A stretch of DNA of 64,000 nt from Phoronis australis (Eukaryota; Animalia; Phoronida), in NCBI GenBank assembly GCA_002633005.1, contig NMRA01000058.1, forward strand, positions 474,916 through 538,915. The letters run 5' to 3'. The notes beneath the pieces are model-generated. The model made no database searches, was not told the origin of the DNA, and saw only the letters and a list, made by a program, of their open reading frames with translations. The translations under genes were made by a program, and so were the position numbers. Shown in pieces: positions 52,384 through 64,000 of the stretch (the first letter of the stretch is position 1; each line of letters opens with the position of its first letter).

Positions 52384-54570
52384 CAGGGCTCGACATAACG
52401 AGCTGCAGGTCGCATTTGCGACCTGAAATTTGGAAATGCAAGCTGAGATTTTTGTCAGCTCGTATAAAGTCGCAAAATGCGACCTGGAATTTCCAACGAA
52501 TGCGAGCTGAGTTTTTACACTTCTCAACAGATACCTGGCAAATACAAAGCAGCTCTTGTTAATCCAACCGTTATTTGGTTGTTGCCAAATACAAGTTCAA
52601 AAGAACACTAACCGAGAATAGGCCTCCCGATGACTTGTAAGCAAGTCGCGTGAACATGGGATATGCAGAATCGATTTTTGACGCGTTTCATTGGCTAACA
52701 CTTTCAGCCACTTTTGTAAATTCCCGGATTCGCCAAAGAAAGTTTTGGGCCACTGCTTACACGTGATAAAACTTCACAAAACAACGGTGTTTCTATTAAT
52801 TCTTAAGCGATCAACTTACCAAACTTTGTGGTGGACAAAAATGCTTATTTTTCACATAAGATGTCCTTATTACATGTACCAAATATCCATGACAATATCC
52901 CTGATATTGCACTGCGCCGCCGTTAGCGCGCAAGCGGTCCCGGCAGACAATCGTGACTTAGACGGAGATGTGCTTCTCCTTTTTATCGTATTAAGACAGC
53001 CAAAATAAAAATGACAACCTTATTAATTGCCAAACGACGGTCACGTCTTTACTTTCAGTTGCCAAGAAATTCTCAAACCCTTTACTTGTTTCTGGGGCTA
53101 CGTGCGCGAAATATGATTTGTCTTTCACACGTTGTTGCCAACGTAAAGTGTAGGCCTACTCCAGCGATTCAAGTGCGTGAACTCGCGTGCGCACCACTTC
53201 AAAGAACAGCGACAGTCCTTGATGAAAGAGTATACCGGCTTGGCTCTGGTTTATTTGAAAATGAACTCAGTTTCCCAGCGGTTATAAAAGACCCGATGTC
53301 CCGGGACCAATATAACCCAGAACTAACGTTATCCTGTTCCGATGTTTCCCCGAGGTCGATGTTCTGTAAGCCCTGTAGGCCTATTCTATGCCCGTAGCCA
53401 GCTATTGCAACTAAACTGGCACTAGATGCGAAATTGTGGTTCAAGTTAGCGAACTTTTCATTCTTCGCTTGATACACCCCCCAACTTTTCGCTCCCAGAA
53501 CCACCGTCACCGTAAAATGTTCAGACTCCTATAGAAACAACCTTGTTCCGGCTGAAGCGGGCAGTTAAAAAAAATCATTCCGGGAGGCTAAAAAGGGTAC
53601 AATGTAGTTGGTAACGATATCCAGAAAGTCACCCCTACCAGATGGAGTTTGCATCGCAAAATCGTATTATTATAACGTTTTTTACCATTGCAGCGTTTTA
53701 ATATCTTATTACCGCAAACACTGAGGTTAACGACTATGCTCGCGCACAAGCCTACTCCCTACCTTTAAAGTGTTTCATAATAAGCGCTCACTGATCTATT
53801 AAAAGTCCCCCCTGAAATTTTGAGAATTTCCAATTAAGCACCCACAGTTCAAGCTAGCGCCCATCATTGCGCACTACAAACGACCGCGTGTGGTTTAAAT
53901 ATGACACGCACCTTATATGGTGTGTATCACTTTCATTTTACACAACTTCAGTTTTCAAACACGTCTTTTTACAATATGTAAAAACCAAATCCCGGCTTTG
54001 TTTTATACCTCGGAAAGAAAGTTAACACTAGTGACGTGCGTGTCGTTTTGCGACTGACCTATTTTTTCCGTACTTGGAAGGTATTGAAGAGCAAACTTGC
54101 GATTACCCGAGTTAGTTTGAATCGTTAACGACTTTGATGACGGCCAGTAGCAGACCAGATCTAACAAAATCCCGGATACTTCTTCAACGGGCATTTTCTC
54201 CCTTTTCACATCGCAAATTTAGCTACTCGAATGCACAAGTCAGTTAGAGAGCACTGATTCAACTTTCACGCCGGCAACTTGCCTTGCGCTCTATAGACTT
54301 TCAATGGCGGTCGTGAAGAACAGTAAGGCCGTACCTGCATGAATGAAGTCAATTTTGAGATCCGAAACTTGTGGGTATTTAACGCTGAAGGTAAGAACAT
54401 AATCTAAACATTTTCTCGATGATCTAAAAAATCTATTTTGGCGCGTAAAAATGGCGGGAAAATTTTGCGACCTGGCATTTACGAATGCGAGCTTGATTTT
54501 GAAAATGCGACCTGGGATTTTGGCTAGGTCGCAAAATGCGACCTGGCGATTTTAATAGCGTCGAGCCCTG
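52384..54570 (-). mobile_element. hAT5-type family h2, copy 2 (2.2 kb, inverted, no matching TSD)
   Basis: Both TIRs are intact. The ends are near-identical reverse complements of 45933-46388 and 47041-47270. Flanks are CACTG and GAAAT. Confidence 0.88.
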
Positions 54571-54988
54571 GAAATGGTTTTTTTGGCAAATTATTCATCA
54601 TAAAAAGTTCTTTAAAATGATGTATTACATGTCTATTTACACGTTTCTTAGTTTTGAAATAATAATTATTTTGAACTAGCAGATTCGATTTGACAGAATT
54701 TTTACCAAAAATTTTGACACGAAAATGACATTTTCTCCGGAACCATAAGTCCAATTTAAAAAAATTTACGATCGTTATTTTAGTCTCGAAAAGAGCTTTC
54801 TAATGATGTATATTACATGCACATTTTCTAACATTTTTGAAAAATGCTGTTCTCCCTACCTGTGGTCCCAAGCTGTCAAGGCTAACAGCAAACTGGCTGG
54901 CTACCATCGACCTATCACTATGCCAACTGTAGTTATTAGGGATTGAAACAGATAATATTTGCTAAGACTAAATACCCAAAATACTTGC

Positions 54989-55037
54989 CCAAATTACAGA
55001 GGAGTTTATCAAGATTTCCATTTTCAGAAGACTGCAT
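54989..55037 (-). CDS. SIX6OS1: SIX6OS1/C14orf39-like gene, first coding exon (49 nt): MQSSENGNLDKLLCNL, GC donor
   Basis: ATG in the context gcgaacATG. The donor G|GCAAGT gives phase 1, matching exon 2. LDKLL falls at positions 9-13, like the recalled human LDRLL. Confidence 0.72.
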
Positions 55038-55200
55038 GTTCGCTCGCTGAAGGTCGTCTGCTATCGGAAGTAAAAAACGAATCAATCTGGCGACTTGTCA
55101 AAAGTGGTTGTTACTTAGAACAAGAAATTGAAATAAACAGAAATACACGACGCAGAGTCCAGCACTGACAAAAAATTTTTGCGTCAGGTCTGGCCACAAT
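55038..55200 (-). promoter_or_regulatory. Candidate 5' UTR/promoter of the SIX6OS1-like gene
   Basis: CpG-containing unique patch just upstream of the ATG, with an ETS-type CGGAAGT at 55065-55071. Inference only. Confidence 0.3.
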
Positions 55201-57029
55201 TTACCGTAGGCTTAGCCCACACTAGTAACAATGATCATGCAGAACAGCTACACAATTTCGGCCTGCAACTAAGTTCATTGAAGCATCGCCATTTCTTACA
55301 AGATTAGTTTCTAATTGTCAAAAAAACAATCATTTCTCAATCAGTCCGTTTTCATAGATAAATAAACATGTAAATCAGAAACCAACAATCAAATCCTTCA
55401 GAGCAACGCGTTTACCTTCATTTAAGTACTTAATTCCTTTTTGATCCTCTGTTAGTGAGTTTAAACAGAAAATCTTGTATCGAAGTCAAAAGCAATGCAT
55501 TTATTGTCATTTGAATTGTGAGTAAATTTTTTGGGAAGTGTCTAAATTCCATCAATGTCTTTGAGAGTTGTTCTAGATAAGCAAAAATAATCCAAGTGCA
55601 CTTTCCTACTTGGGGATCGGATTATAGAATTTTTCCGTATTCAGGCTTCAACTGGTCCTGATTCCTAATCATTGCTTAAAATATTAGCTTGAAATTGCCA
55701 AAAATCATTCTATCAAACTGTCAGTTTTCATAAATACATAAACATGTAAATAAGAAACCAGCGAATTTGTTGATCAAAACGGAATGTTATATTTTCCGCA
55801 GGCATACTCGCAGATTTTTGACGGGTAACGGGGGGGCAATGGGAGATTGAGATTGGGCATTTTTGCTCATTTCCGAGGTACCTAACGGTTCACAAGTTGA
55901 ACTTGACCCCAAAAAATCTGAAATATTTGTTTATTATTTCCAGTATTTGGGCACTCAATCGACATGTACACGCCGGTCACCCCAATGGTAGCCTCGACAG
56001 CAGTGTTTTACACGTGTGGGAATTCCTTACAAACAACTCACAGCAACCATTTTCAAAAGAGATACTATTCTTGCGATACTATGGGAAACAGTAACAATAT
56101 TCTACAACTAACCATAGTAAATGGTCCTTTTGTGTAATTAGCAGATAGAGGTATTCACGTTCTTCAAAATTCCACCCTTTTGTTAACTCGATTAAAAGTG
56201 TGTGTTGTGTTTATGTTTACGTTAGAATCGGGCATGGGACTACAGCTGATGGGATGAGTGCAGTGTGTGGGTTGATGACTCTAGGAAACATGGCTTATTA
56301 TGTAATAGTGTTACTCATATAGTTCCGTTCAGCAGTTGTGGTGAGTTCTATGTATAATTGGATATATTCCAAGAAATAACCTTTAAATATGGCCATGTTC
56401 GTAGTACAGCTATTCACTGACAAGAGAATTCGGTGACAAATTTGGTAGGGGCAATGAGCTATACCAGGATAGCTCATTGGTAGGGGCAAGTAAATTCATG
56501 AAAAGTGACTAGATTAGTCATAGGGTTAGAATCATATAAATTCTGAATGAGAAGGCATTTTACAGCAGTTCAGAACGGAGATGTAAACGGGTTAAGACGT
56601 AGTGAAGCAGTTTATGAAATTAAAACCGATGTAGCAGCACTTTGATTCCTCCACACAAGTAAGTAGTTATTTACTATTATTAGTATTGTAATTTTTAAGT
56701 AAAATAAGGTTTATTTAGAATTATTGTCAAATAGAAAGCTCAGAAATAAGTTTCACTATTATGAAAAATATCGTGAATAAGCTAGGAATCTTATTACGGT
56801 AATTAACGTTTATATCGGAATTATAAACAGTGTTTGACAAGTAATTGTTATTTAGATTAATTAGTTTCTAATGTTTTGTAATTTGTTGTTTGCAGATCGA
56901 ATAAACATACTATCATTTATATGATATAAAGAGGAATCCTAGTTCTCATTGGTTTCGGCCTTGAGCCTGTCAGCGGTACACAGCGGTTAATGCTAGTAAT
57001 CACAGATGTTTTACTTTAAGCACTTCAGA

Positions 57030-58404
57030 ATATGAGATGAATGAAGTGGTCAAATTTTCAGAAGAAAAATGTACCAAATGACCTGAAAATTTAGAATTCA
57101 AACTCAATCGCACTTATAATAAACAGATATATAATTCTGATGTCTCTAGCTCAGAATTTTAGTTTGCACTCAATGACCTTTGACCTATTTTTTCTGATTG
57201 GTTAGGCCTATTGTGAAGTAAAGTAGGGTATTCAATTGGCATGTTGACTTACACCAGTGTGCTGAAATTGAAAAGAATTCCTTGAAAAACGTAAGAGATA
57301 TAACTTTTTGAACGTGACATGACCTTTGCATTAATTGACCCTATCCGGTGCATTATAAGCGTCTTTAGGAAAAGTGTTGCAAAGCCCATGAAAAATGTGT
57401 TTAATGCTGAGAATCACAGTTGTCTAACGGTTGACACATCAGAATACTTGCTGATTGAAAAGGTCAAATTTTCAGAAGAAAAATGCACCTAATGACACCA
57501 TGGTTGCACTAAATGACCTGAAACTTTGTACTTCGAATTAAATTAGACGTACCAATCAGACTTGTGAATTTAAAGTGTCTAGCTCAAAATTTTAGTTTGC
57601 ACTCAATGACCTTTGACCTACTTTTTCTATTGCGTAGTAAAGTAGGGTGTTCAATTGGCATATTGACTTACACCAGTGTGCTGAAATTGAAAAGAATTCC
57701 TTGAAAAACGTGAGATATAACATTTTGATCGTTACATGACCTTTGCACCAATTGACCCTATCCGGTGCATTATAAGCGTCTTTAGGAGCATTTTTGAAAA
57801 GCCCATGAAAAATGTGTTTATACTGAGAATGACAGTTGTCTAACGGTTGATACATCAGAATACTTGCTGATTGAAAAGGTCAAATATTCAGAAAAAATGT
57901 ACCTAATGACCCATGTTTGCACTAAATGACCTGAAACTTTGCATTCCGAATTGAATTACCTGTGCCAATCAGACCTGTGAATTTGAAGTGTCTAGCTCAA
58001 AATTTTAGTTTGCACCTAATAACCTTTGACCTATTTCACCTGATTGGATGACCCGATTACTTAGAATTAGAAAAGTAGTTTTTTAAATTGTCATGTTGAC
58101 TTATACCTGTGCACCGAATTTGAAAAAGATAGCTTTAAAACTGAAGGAGGAGCAGCATTTTGAAAATTATATGACCTTTTCACCAAAGGACCTCTTCCGG
58201 TGCAATATGGAATATGATTACATAACCAATCAAAATTTATATACTGTCAAAAGTCATGTGCTGAATTTAAAGACCGTACCTGCACCCAATTTGGAGTTAT
58301 TAATCCTCAAAGTTGGTCAGAAGAAGAATAAGAATAAGAAGAATAAGAATAAAATTGAAGAAAACCCAGGAACAACAGTACTCTGCGCTTACACGCGCAG
58401 AGTA
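57030..58404 (+). mobile_element. HINE/Helentron-like element, family H2, with tandem units of about 415 bp
   Basis: Units start near 57048, 57462 and 57878 and carry TGACCTTTGACC motifs. AAG/AAT microsatellite at about 58320-58352. Terminal hairpin tactctgcgc-ttacac-gcgcagagta (58379-58404). The start may lie near 55770. Confidence 0.7.
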
Positions 58405-58414
58405 ATAAAAACAG

Positions 58415-61115
58415 TTTCAGTCTATATTCTGACATGCTCCATAGTTGCCCAGTCTTGGCCATTAGCTTATTGCAAACATTCCTGTGGCTTCTGTGTGCAA
58501 CGGAGTCAGGGATGTTAGTTTTCACCCACTGATCTGAGAAGAAGTGCAGCACATGCAGCTTCACCCTCATGGTATATGTACAATGGTGATAGACCGATTA
58601 GCATTTCTAGGGCTGCAGAAGGTGGTCCTGAAAAAGCAGAGGTTATGCACAGCCAAGCTAGACGTTGCAGCTGCCTAAGTTTGTTGATAATTGTAATCTG
58701 TTTTAATGCTGTTACCCATATCGACGCAGCATAGGACATTATAGGTCGGATAAAAGCAGTATAAATCCAGAACATATTCTTGGGAGACATTCCCCACGTT
58801 TTACCCACCGCACGACTGCATCTCACCAATGCAGATTTGGCTTTTGAGATTTTTCTGAAACATGTGGGGTCCAGGAAAGACAATGGTGTAAAATGACACC
58901 TTGTAGGTAAGTCGCCTTGTCTACAAGATCAAGATGTTTACCATTCAGCGTTAAAGGCCGCATTGACTATTTAAGCTTCCAAGTAAACATAATCACCTTT
59001 GTTTTGCTACCACTAATTTCTAAGCAAACTGACTTAGCCCATGTGGCTGTTGTATTCAGTGCTCTTTGAGTAAGATAGCGACATCTGTCAGGATCGATGT
59101 TAGACACACTGAGAACAATATCATCTGCATAGGCTTGAACATACAAGCTTGGACCAATGTCAGTAGATAATTGTCGAAGCAAACCATCTATAACCATAAC
59201 CAGGGTGGGTGAGGCAGCGCCACCCTGAGGTGTTCCTCTGGTGATGCGAACCGCCACTCTCACATCGTCCAGACAAGCAGTCACAGATTGACTTCCAAGC
59301 ATGTTAATGATACACCTGGTAAGACACCTATTCACTTTAAAGTGGTTGAATGCAATTCGGATCGTATCATGCTTAATATTGCTGAAAGCACCAACAAGAT
59401 CAATGTAGGCACAGAGGGCAAATTGTTTATTAAAAACACCCCTTTCCAGTCTATCAACCAGATGATGTAGAGCGGTCTCCGTAGAGAAGCCAGGCCTATA
59501 AGCATATTGATGTTCTGAAATTTGTTCTGTATTCCTTGTTTATCAAGATGCCACAGAATAAGCCTTTCCAGTCCTTTGAGAAGTAAGGATGTTAAGGTTA
59601 TAGGCCTAAATGATTCAGCCAAAAGGTATGAGTTCTTCCCTGGTTTATGAATGAAAACTACCCTAGTTTCAATCCAAGTCTTGGGGATGTAACCTAGTCT
59701 AAGACTAGCTTTGTAGGTCGCCGTGAGTATTTGGAATACTGGTATCCCAACCTCTTGCACCATTATAGGATATATCCTGTCTAGTCCTGGGGACTTCCAT
59801 GGTTTAAAAGACTTTAGAGCTATCTCCACGAGATGTAGTGTGGCTATGTTTTCAACATCAGCATAAGCTAATGGTTCACATTCCTCGGAATCCGTCACTT
59901 CTGAACATAGGTTCGATAGGTTTACACTATCAGGATAGTGCTTACCCATCATGACTTCGAGTGTTTTCTCGGCGGAGCGTGTGTATGAGCCATCCTCTTT
60001 TTGAATGACCTCGAGTCTGGAGGAGTGATTCTTCTTAAGCAATTGCACCAGCCCTGCAGATGCAGAGAGTCTGTTAGTTTGCTGACAGAAATTCCTGTGG
60101 GAATTGCGCTTTGCTTTGCGTGTAGCAGACTTAAACTTACGACAGGCAAGATGATATGCATCCCAGCACTCGTCAGTGTCAGTCCGAATTGCCGCTCTGT
60201 GAGGTTTACGTGCCTTAACCCGAAGTGCTGCCAGTTCTTTGATCCACCAAATCTGTTGTTTTGGTTCCCCAGTGACCTTAATACAGCGTTCGGGGTAGGA
60301 AATATCTAGTGACTTGGTCAGGGCATTGTTAATGTCATCTGCCAATTTGTTAACATCAAAACGAGTCCTGATATTTGTTGTTTCTAGAGTAGAAAGGAGT
60401 TTGGGAACCTTTGAACGATAGAGTTCCCAGTTCACCTTATTGGTATTCCTATACTCAGTAAATAGTCGCCACTTCAAACCTGATGTATCTGTGGTCTAAT
60501 TAGTTACCATATCAACAGCAGGCAAATTAACCAGAGTAAGGTCTATAACCTCCTGTCGGTTTCTGACAACAAATGTGGACTCGTGCCCCTTGTTGCATAT
60601 TAAAAGTTGTAAGCTGACAGTGAACTCTCGAAGTGCCTCACCTGTTGGGTTGTTTCAGTGCTGTGCCACACCTCGTGACGTGAATTGGCATCATAACAGA
60701 TAACTAAAGGAATTTTTTTGGCTCTGCAGTGATTAGTGATTTGTTGCAGTTTAGATGGGGGTGGGTTCTCGGCGGAGTCCCCTTGCATCTAGGCTGAGAC
60801 CCACCATAATGTGCATATTAGACCATTTGGTCTTAGTGTATCACAGGACAATGCCACAGTGTCCCTGTCACAAAACTAAGGAAGGATTCTTGAGGTTATG
60901 TCCTTGGATATAAGAATCGCAGTCTTGGGCTTGATGTTGTTACTCAGTGAAGCAACATAAGATTTGGCATCCCTAGGAGTGTTCATCATTGCGCTTCCCC
61001 GACAGAACGGCTCTTGTACGAAGGCCATGAATAGGGTATTGCACACAAGCGTCTGTTGCAGAAGCACTGGTGGGTTGTTGTCCCGGTGCAGATTTATCTG
61101 CCAGATTTTAATCTC
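58415..61115 (-). pseudogene. LINE ORF2 (APE endonuclease plus reverse transcriptase), frameshifted
   Basis: IWQINLH, FVQEP, YDANSRHEVW, QEVIDLT, KSPGLDRI, FRPITLTSLLLKGLERL, RGTPQG, QAYADD and ITSAFSGPPSAALEMLIGLSPL. Confidence 0.9.
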
Positions 61116-61344
61116 TTAATTCATTTCATCATGTTAATAATATACCAGTTACTGTCTATCCAGACTCCACACCCCTCGTGAGTGGGGAAGGAGCCAGAGA
61201 AGATCTGTCATTGGATGGTACAGGTTCAGAAGCCTCAGCAACATTCCCTACCTCAGTCGTTTCATCACCCGCGTCCATTTCCACTGATTTTGTGGTGGGC
61301 GCACAGTCAGCTTCCATGTCCCAGGTTGACATCCTTTGTGAGGC

Positions 61345-62304
61345 CTAGACAGAAGCTTTGGCCCCCTTTCTGCTTTTTCCCCTAGCTCCAAAAAGCACAC
61401 GCCCAGCAAAGCCGCACCAGGGACGAAAATCCATCACCCGGAGAACCTGCCAAGCGGACTCTTCGAAGGCTAGGACAATGGTAAATCCCTTAGAGGGATC
61501 TTTGTACGTTGGTTTGATGGCAGTCATTGACACCAGATGAACCTTTGTCATATCTAGGTCATCGTTGCACTCCTTAAGGACCAACAAGAACTCATCCTTA
61601 TCATAGGCAACTTCCTCCGACACATGACAGAAGGCCTTGAACACAGGAGGTTGATCGCCTGGACCCATCACATGGTACCCTGACCTGTGAGAGTCAGGAC
61701 CATCAGGAGTAAGTTCCTTACACTCAAGTTTGACCCAGTCAAGGGTAGCTGAGTTGTCACAGGCAATCGCCAGTTTGCCCTTTTCAAGTCTCACTGACTT
61801 AATATGAAACGGGACAAGGGGACTCTGAGGCTTCACAAATGCTATCTGTAGTTGGCGCTTCAGACGCTTTGCTTCGTCCTCACTTAGTGGTGGCTCACCA
61901 ACCTTTTCAGCCACAGAGACACTAAGATCTTTCTTAGCCACACTAGCATAAGGTAGTTTATCCACTTTAGCCAATTTGGTGGGCGGTTTTGAGGATGTCC
62001 CAGGAATCGAGCTGTCATACTTAGGGCGCTTAACATCCTGCTGAACATCGACTTTTAGGTTTTCAAGCTTCTTCTCAGTCGTCTGGCGAGCCAGCTTTGT
62101 CTTCCGCCTAGCAACAGTAGAGAGACGGTGGGAGCTGCCATCAGGCCCAGTTGAAGTCTTTCCGCCACCATTCGCTCCGTGAGGAGTGTCCGGGGCAGGT
62201 TTGGGGTTCGCGTCAGCAGCCGCCTTAGCCGCTTTCACAAGCTTGGCAATCTCACTTTCCACTCTCATAGAAAAGTCCAGGGATTTCCCAGAGCAAGCGT
62301 CCAC
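61345..62304 (-). CDS. LINE ORF1 (gag-like, DUF4780-like domain), 319 aa open frame
   Basis: Basic low-complexity N-part, then YASVAK and GKLAIACDNSATLDWVK, typical of LOA/R1-type ORF1. Lies directly upstream of ORF2. Confidence 0.7.
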   Translation of the reverse strand: MDACSGKSLDFSMRVESEIAKLVKAAKAAADANPKPAPDTPHGANGGGKTSTGPDGSSHRLSTVARRKTKLARQTTEKKLENLKVDVQQDVKRPKYDSSIPGTSSKPPTKLAKVDKLPYASVAKKDLSVSVAEKVGEPPLSEDEAKRLKRQLQIAFVKPQSPLVPFHIKSVRLEKGKLAIACDNSATLDWVKLECKELTPDGPDSHRSGYHVMGPGDQPPVFKAFCHVSEEVAYDKDEFLLVLKECNDDLDMTKVHLVSMTAIKPTYKDPSKGFTIVLAFEESAWQVLRVMDFRPWCGFAGRVLFGARGKSRKGAKASV

Positions 62305-63245
62305 AATAGAAGGTGCTTCAACTTGCCTTATAGTAACCCCTAGAGAGGAGTCTTTGAGGCGGACGTCCGTGGCCGCAAGACCACATTCGACTGCCCTGTG
62401 CGCTGGTCACTTAAACCCTGACGAGAGTGGGTTATTGGTTTTTGCTGTGGATCCATGTAGCAAGTATAGGTTATAATTCAGGTCTGCATCCGCATTCACC
62501 CTATCCATAGGGTGGCAAAAAGGCCCAGCCAAAGGCTTTCCTGCATCCGCAAACCTAAAGGACCTGACACTGGTTTCAACAGCTCCCTCCCCTGGTTCCT
62601 CCAAGCGAGCATATGACCCCCAGCGAAAGGGCTTTTGCTGCAAATGGACTACCCAGGTTCGGTATGTCTACCTCCAAGTGCCAGAACCTCGTAACCTCCC
62701 AGGGCTAACCGTGCGGAGGCTTGTCCCCTAGTGCAGCAGGCGCTACTCCGTGCACCGCGGTTTACCCAAGATTACTTGATGCGCAAAGTTCTGTGTTGTT
62801 TACCACCAGCCGCAACTGGCTTGAGACACAGCAACCAGGGTATTAGTTCTCAAGGGTTCCCGTGTCACCTGACCGCAGGGATATCAATCAGACCCGAAGA
62901 GGTCAAAGTCAAGATACTCCTGACCAGGCGCCCCAAAGGGGGATGATTGGGCTAGAGAGGCCTCCCACCCTAGAGCCACTGTCTTACACACGTGCACACA
63001 TTAAAGTACATGCTCTCGATTAGCCGCAACATAATAAATATCCAAATTTTTGTCAGTGTCATTTTAGTGTTTATTTTTGTGGCCAAAGTGGGGCAGGACC
63101 CCTGTCTGGCAACATTAAATAGGGGACCAATGGAGGTGGACCTCAGAAGAATCAGAAGATGCCGTCTTCAGTCAACCCGTGGCGCTGAACCAGTCGTATT
63201 CTGAGGAATCCGAAGGACACACTGCAACACGTTCTGGTCTATGCA

Positions 63246-63382
63246 TACTGGCGGATCCAGGGGATCTGGACCCCTTTTCCCTTGATTTTAGTGATATCAA
63301 ATCTATAATTTTCAAATTTTTGACTTGGTCCCCCTTTTAAAAACTCCTTGATTTCGCCCAAAAAATCCTGGACCCAACCCTG
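63246..63382. mobile_element. Small degenerate MITE (GGCGGATCCAGG / CCTGGA..CCCTG type)
   Basis: Imperfect terminal inverted repeats about 135 bp apart. TSD not confirmed. Confidence 0.4.
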
Positions 63383-63798
63383 CTACGTTTGATCTTGTGT
63401 CGTCAAACTGAAAATTGAAAATACGGAATCCATTCTCGCTCTAAAACTAAGCTGTAACTGCACACCGCGGCATCATTCACCTACAACATGTGTAACGGGA
63501 ATCGGTGGAGCGACAAGCACCGATCTACTTAGTAGGATCCAAAATCTCTTCTATTCATAGCCGATAAAAATATCTGAAACGTTATGTACTTTTTCACTCG
63601 TTCGAATCACATACGAGAGAACCATGGTGACAACTAATAGAGAGAGAAACAAGAGAGAAGAAGATAAATATACTGAATTTATTATGCACTAAATATGAAT
63701 TTTTACAAATTTACAAACTTACAACTCATCACTAACTTTTGTCGACATCCCAGCTTTGACTTATCACCCTGGGAATTTGTCAGCAAGAGAAATACGCC

Positions 63799-64000
63799 GA
63801 GGCCAGTGGAGGCCAGTGGAGGTCAGTGGAGGCAAGAGGAGGCCAGTGGAGGCCAGTAGGGGACAGCGGAGGCCAAAGGAGGATATTGGAGGGCAGTGGA
63901 AGCTAGTAGAGGCCAGTGGAGGCCAGTAGAGGCCAGTGGAAGCCAGTGGAGACTATTGGAAGCCAGTGGTGGCCAGTGGAGGCCAATTGAGGCCAGTGGA
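63799..64000. repeat. 10-bp tandem repeat (GAGGCCAGTG)n running off the window
   Basis: About 20 diverged units. Confidence 0.95.

Larger units (their letters stand above)
58410..62990 (-). mobile_element. LOA/Lian-clade non-LTR retrotransposon: 5' region present, 3' end missing
   Basis: GC-rich 5' UTR, ORF1, APE endonuclease and RT in order on the minus strand. The sequence stops at the H2 hairpin before any RNase H or 3' tail. Confidence 0.85.

Noticed and set aside
54860-54907. Alternative first exon MVASQFAVSLDSLGPQ with a GT donor
   Set aside because: It ends in phase 0, incompatible with phase-1 exon 2, and Gly-Pro replaces the conserved LL. The exon at 54989-55037 fits better.
56130-57003. 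Possible solo LTR (TGT..ACA, internal splice sites, AATAAA)
   Set aside because: No matching TSD, second copy or empty site was found.
62640-62990. HDV-like ribozyme in the LINE 5' UTR (gcc-tccgcac-ggt-tagccct-gg)
   Set aside because: A P3/L3-like core is present, but I could not find convincing P1 and P2 partners by eye. A descriptor-based search is needed.

Overview
This is an AT-rich, repeat-dense animal (probably invertebrate) genomic window with no prokaryotic systems. None of the supplied single-exon ORFs is a host gene. Reading the minus strand for splice sites gives four phase-compatible exons (55037-54989, 34503-34447, 16555-16429, 6919-6830; 323 nt, 107 aa) spread over about 48 kb. 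They encode a coiled-coil protein that aligns without gaps from Met1 to the N-terminus of the synaptonemal-complex central-element protein SIX6OS1/C14orf39, as I recall the human sequence. Intron 1 appears to use a GC donor. The introns and flanks are mostly nested transposons: a Gypsy element with 80-bp LTRs inside a DIRS/Ngaro-like relic with an SGNH ORF, a solo LTR with clustered heat-shock elements and a TATA box, three non-autonomous Kolobok copies, hAT-like elements with 5-bp TSDs, CACTA/EnSpm-like elements with 2-bp TSDs, Helentron/HINE-like elements, a Sola3 relic, a foldback family, a Tx1/L1 fragment and a LOA-clade LINE. There are also several tandem repeats and one assembly gap. All family assignments come from motif recognition by eye and have not been database-checked.
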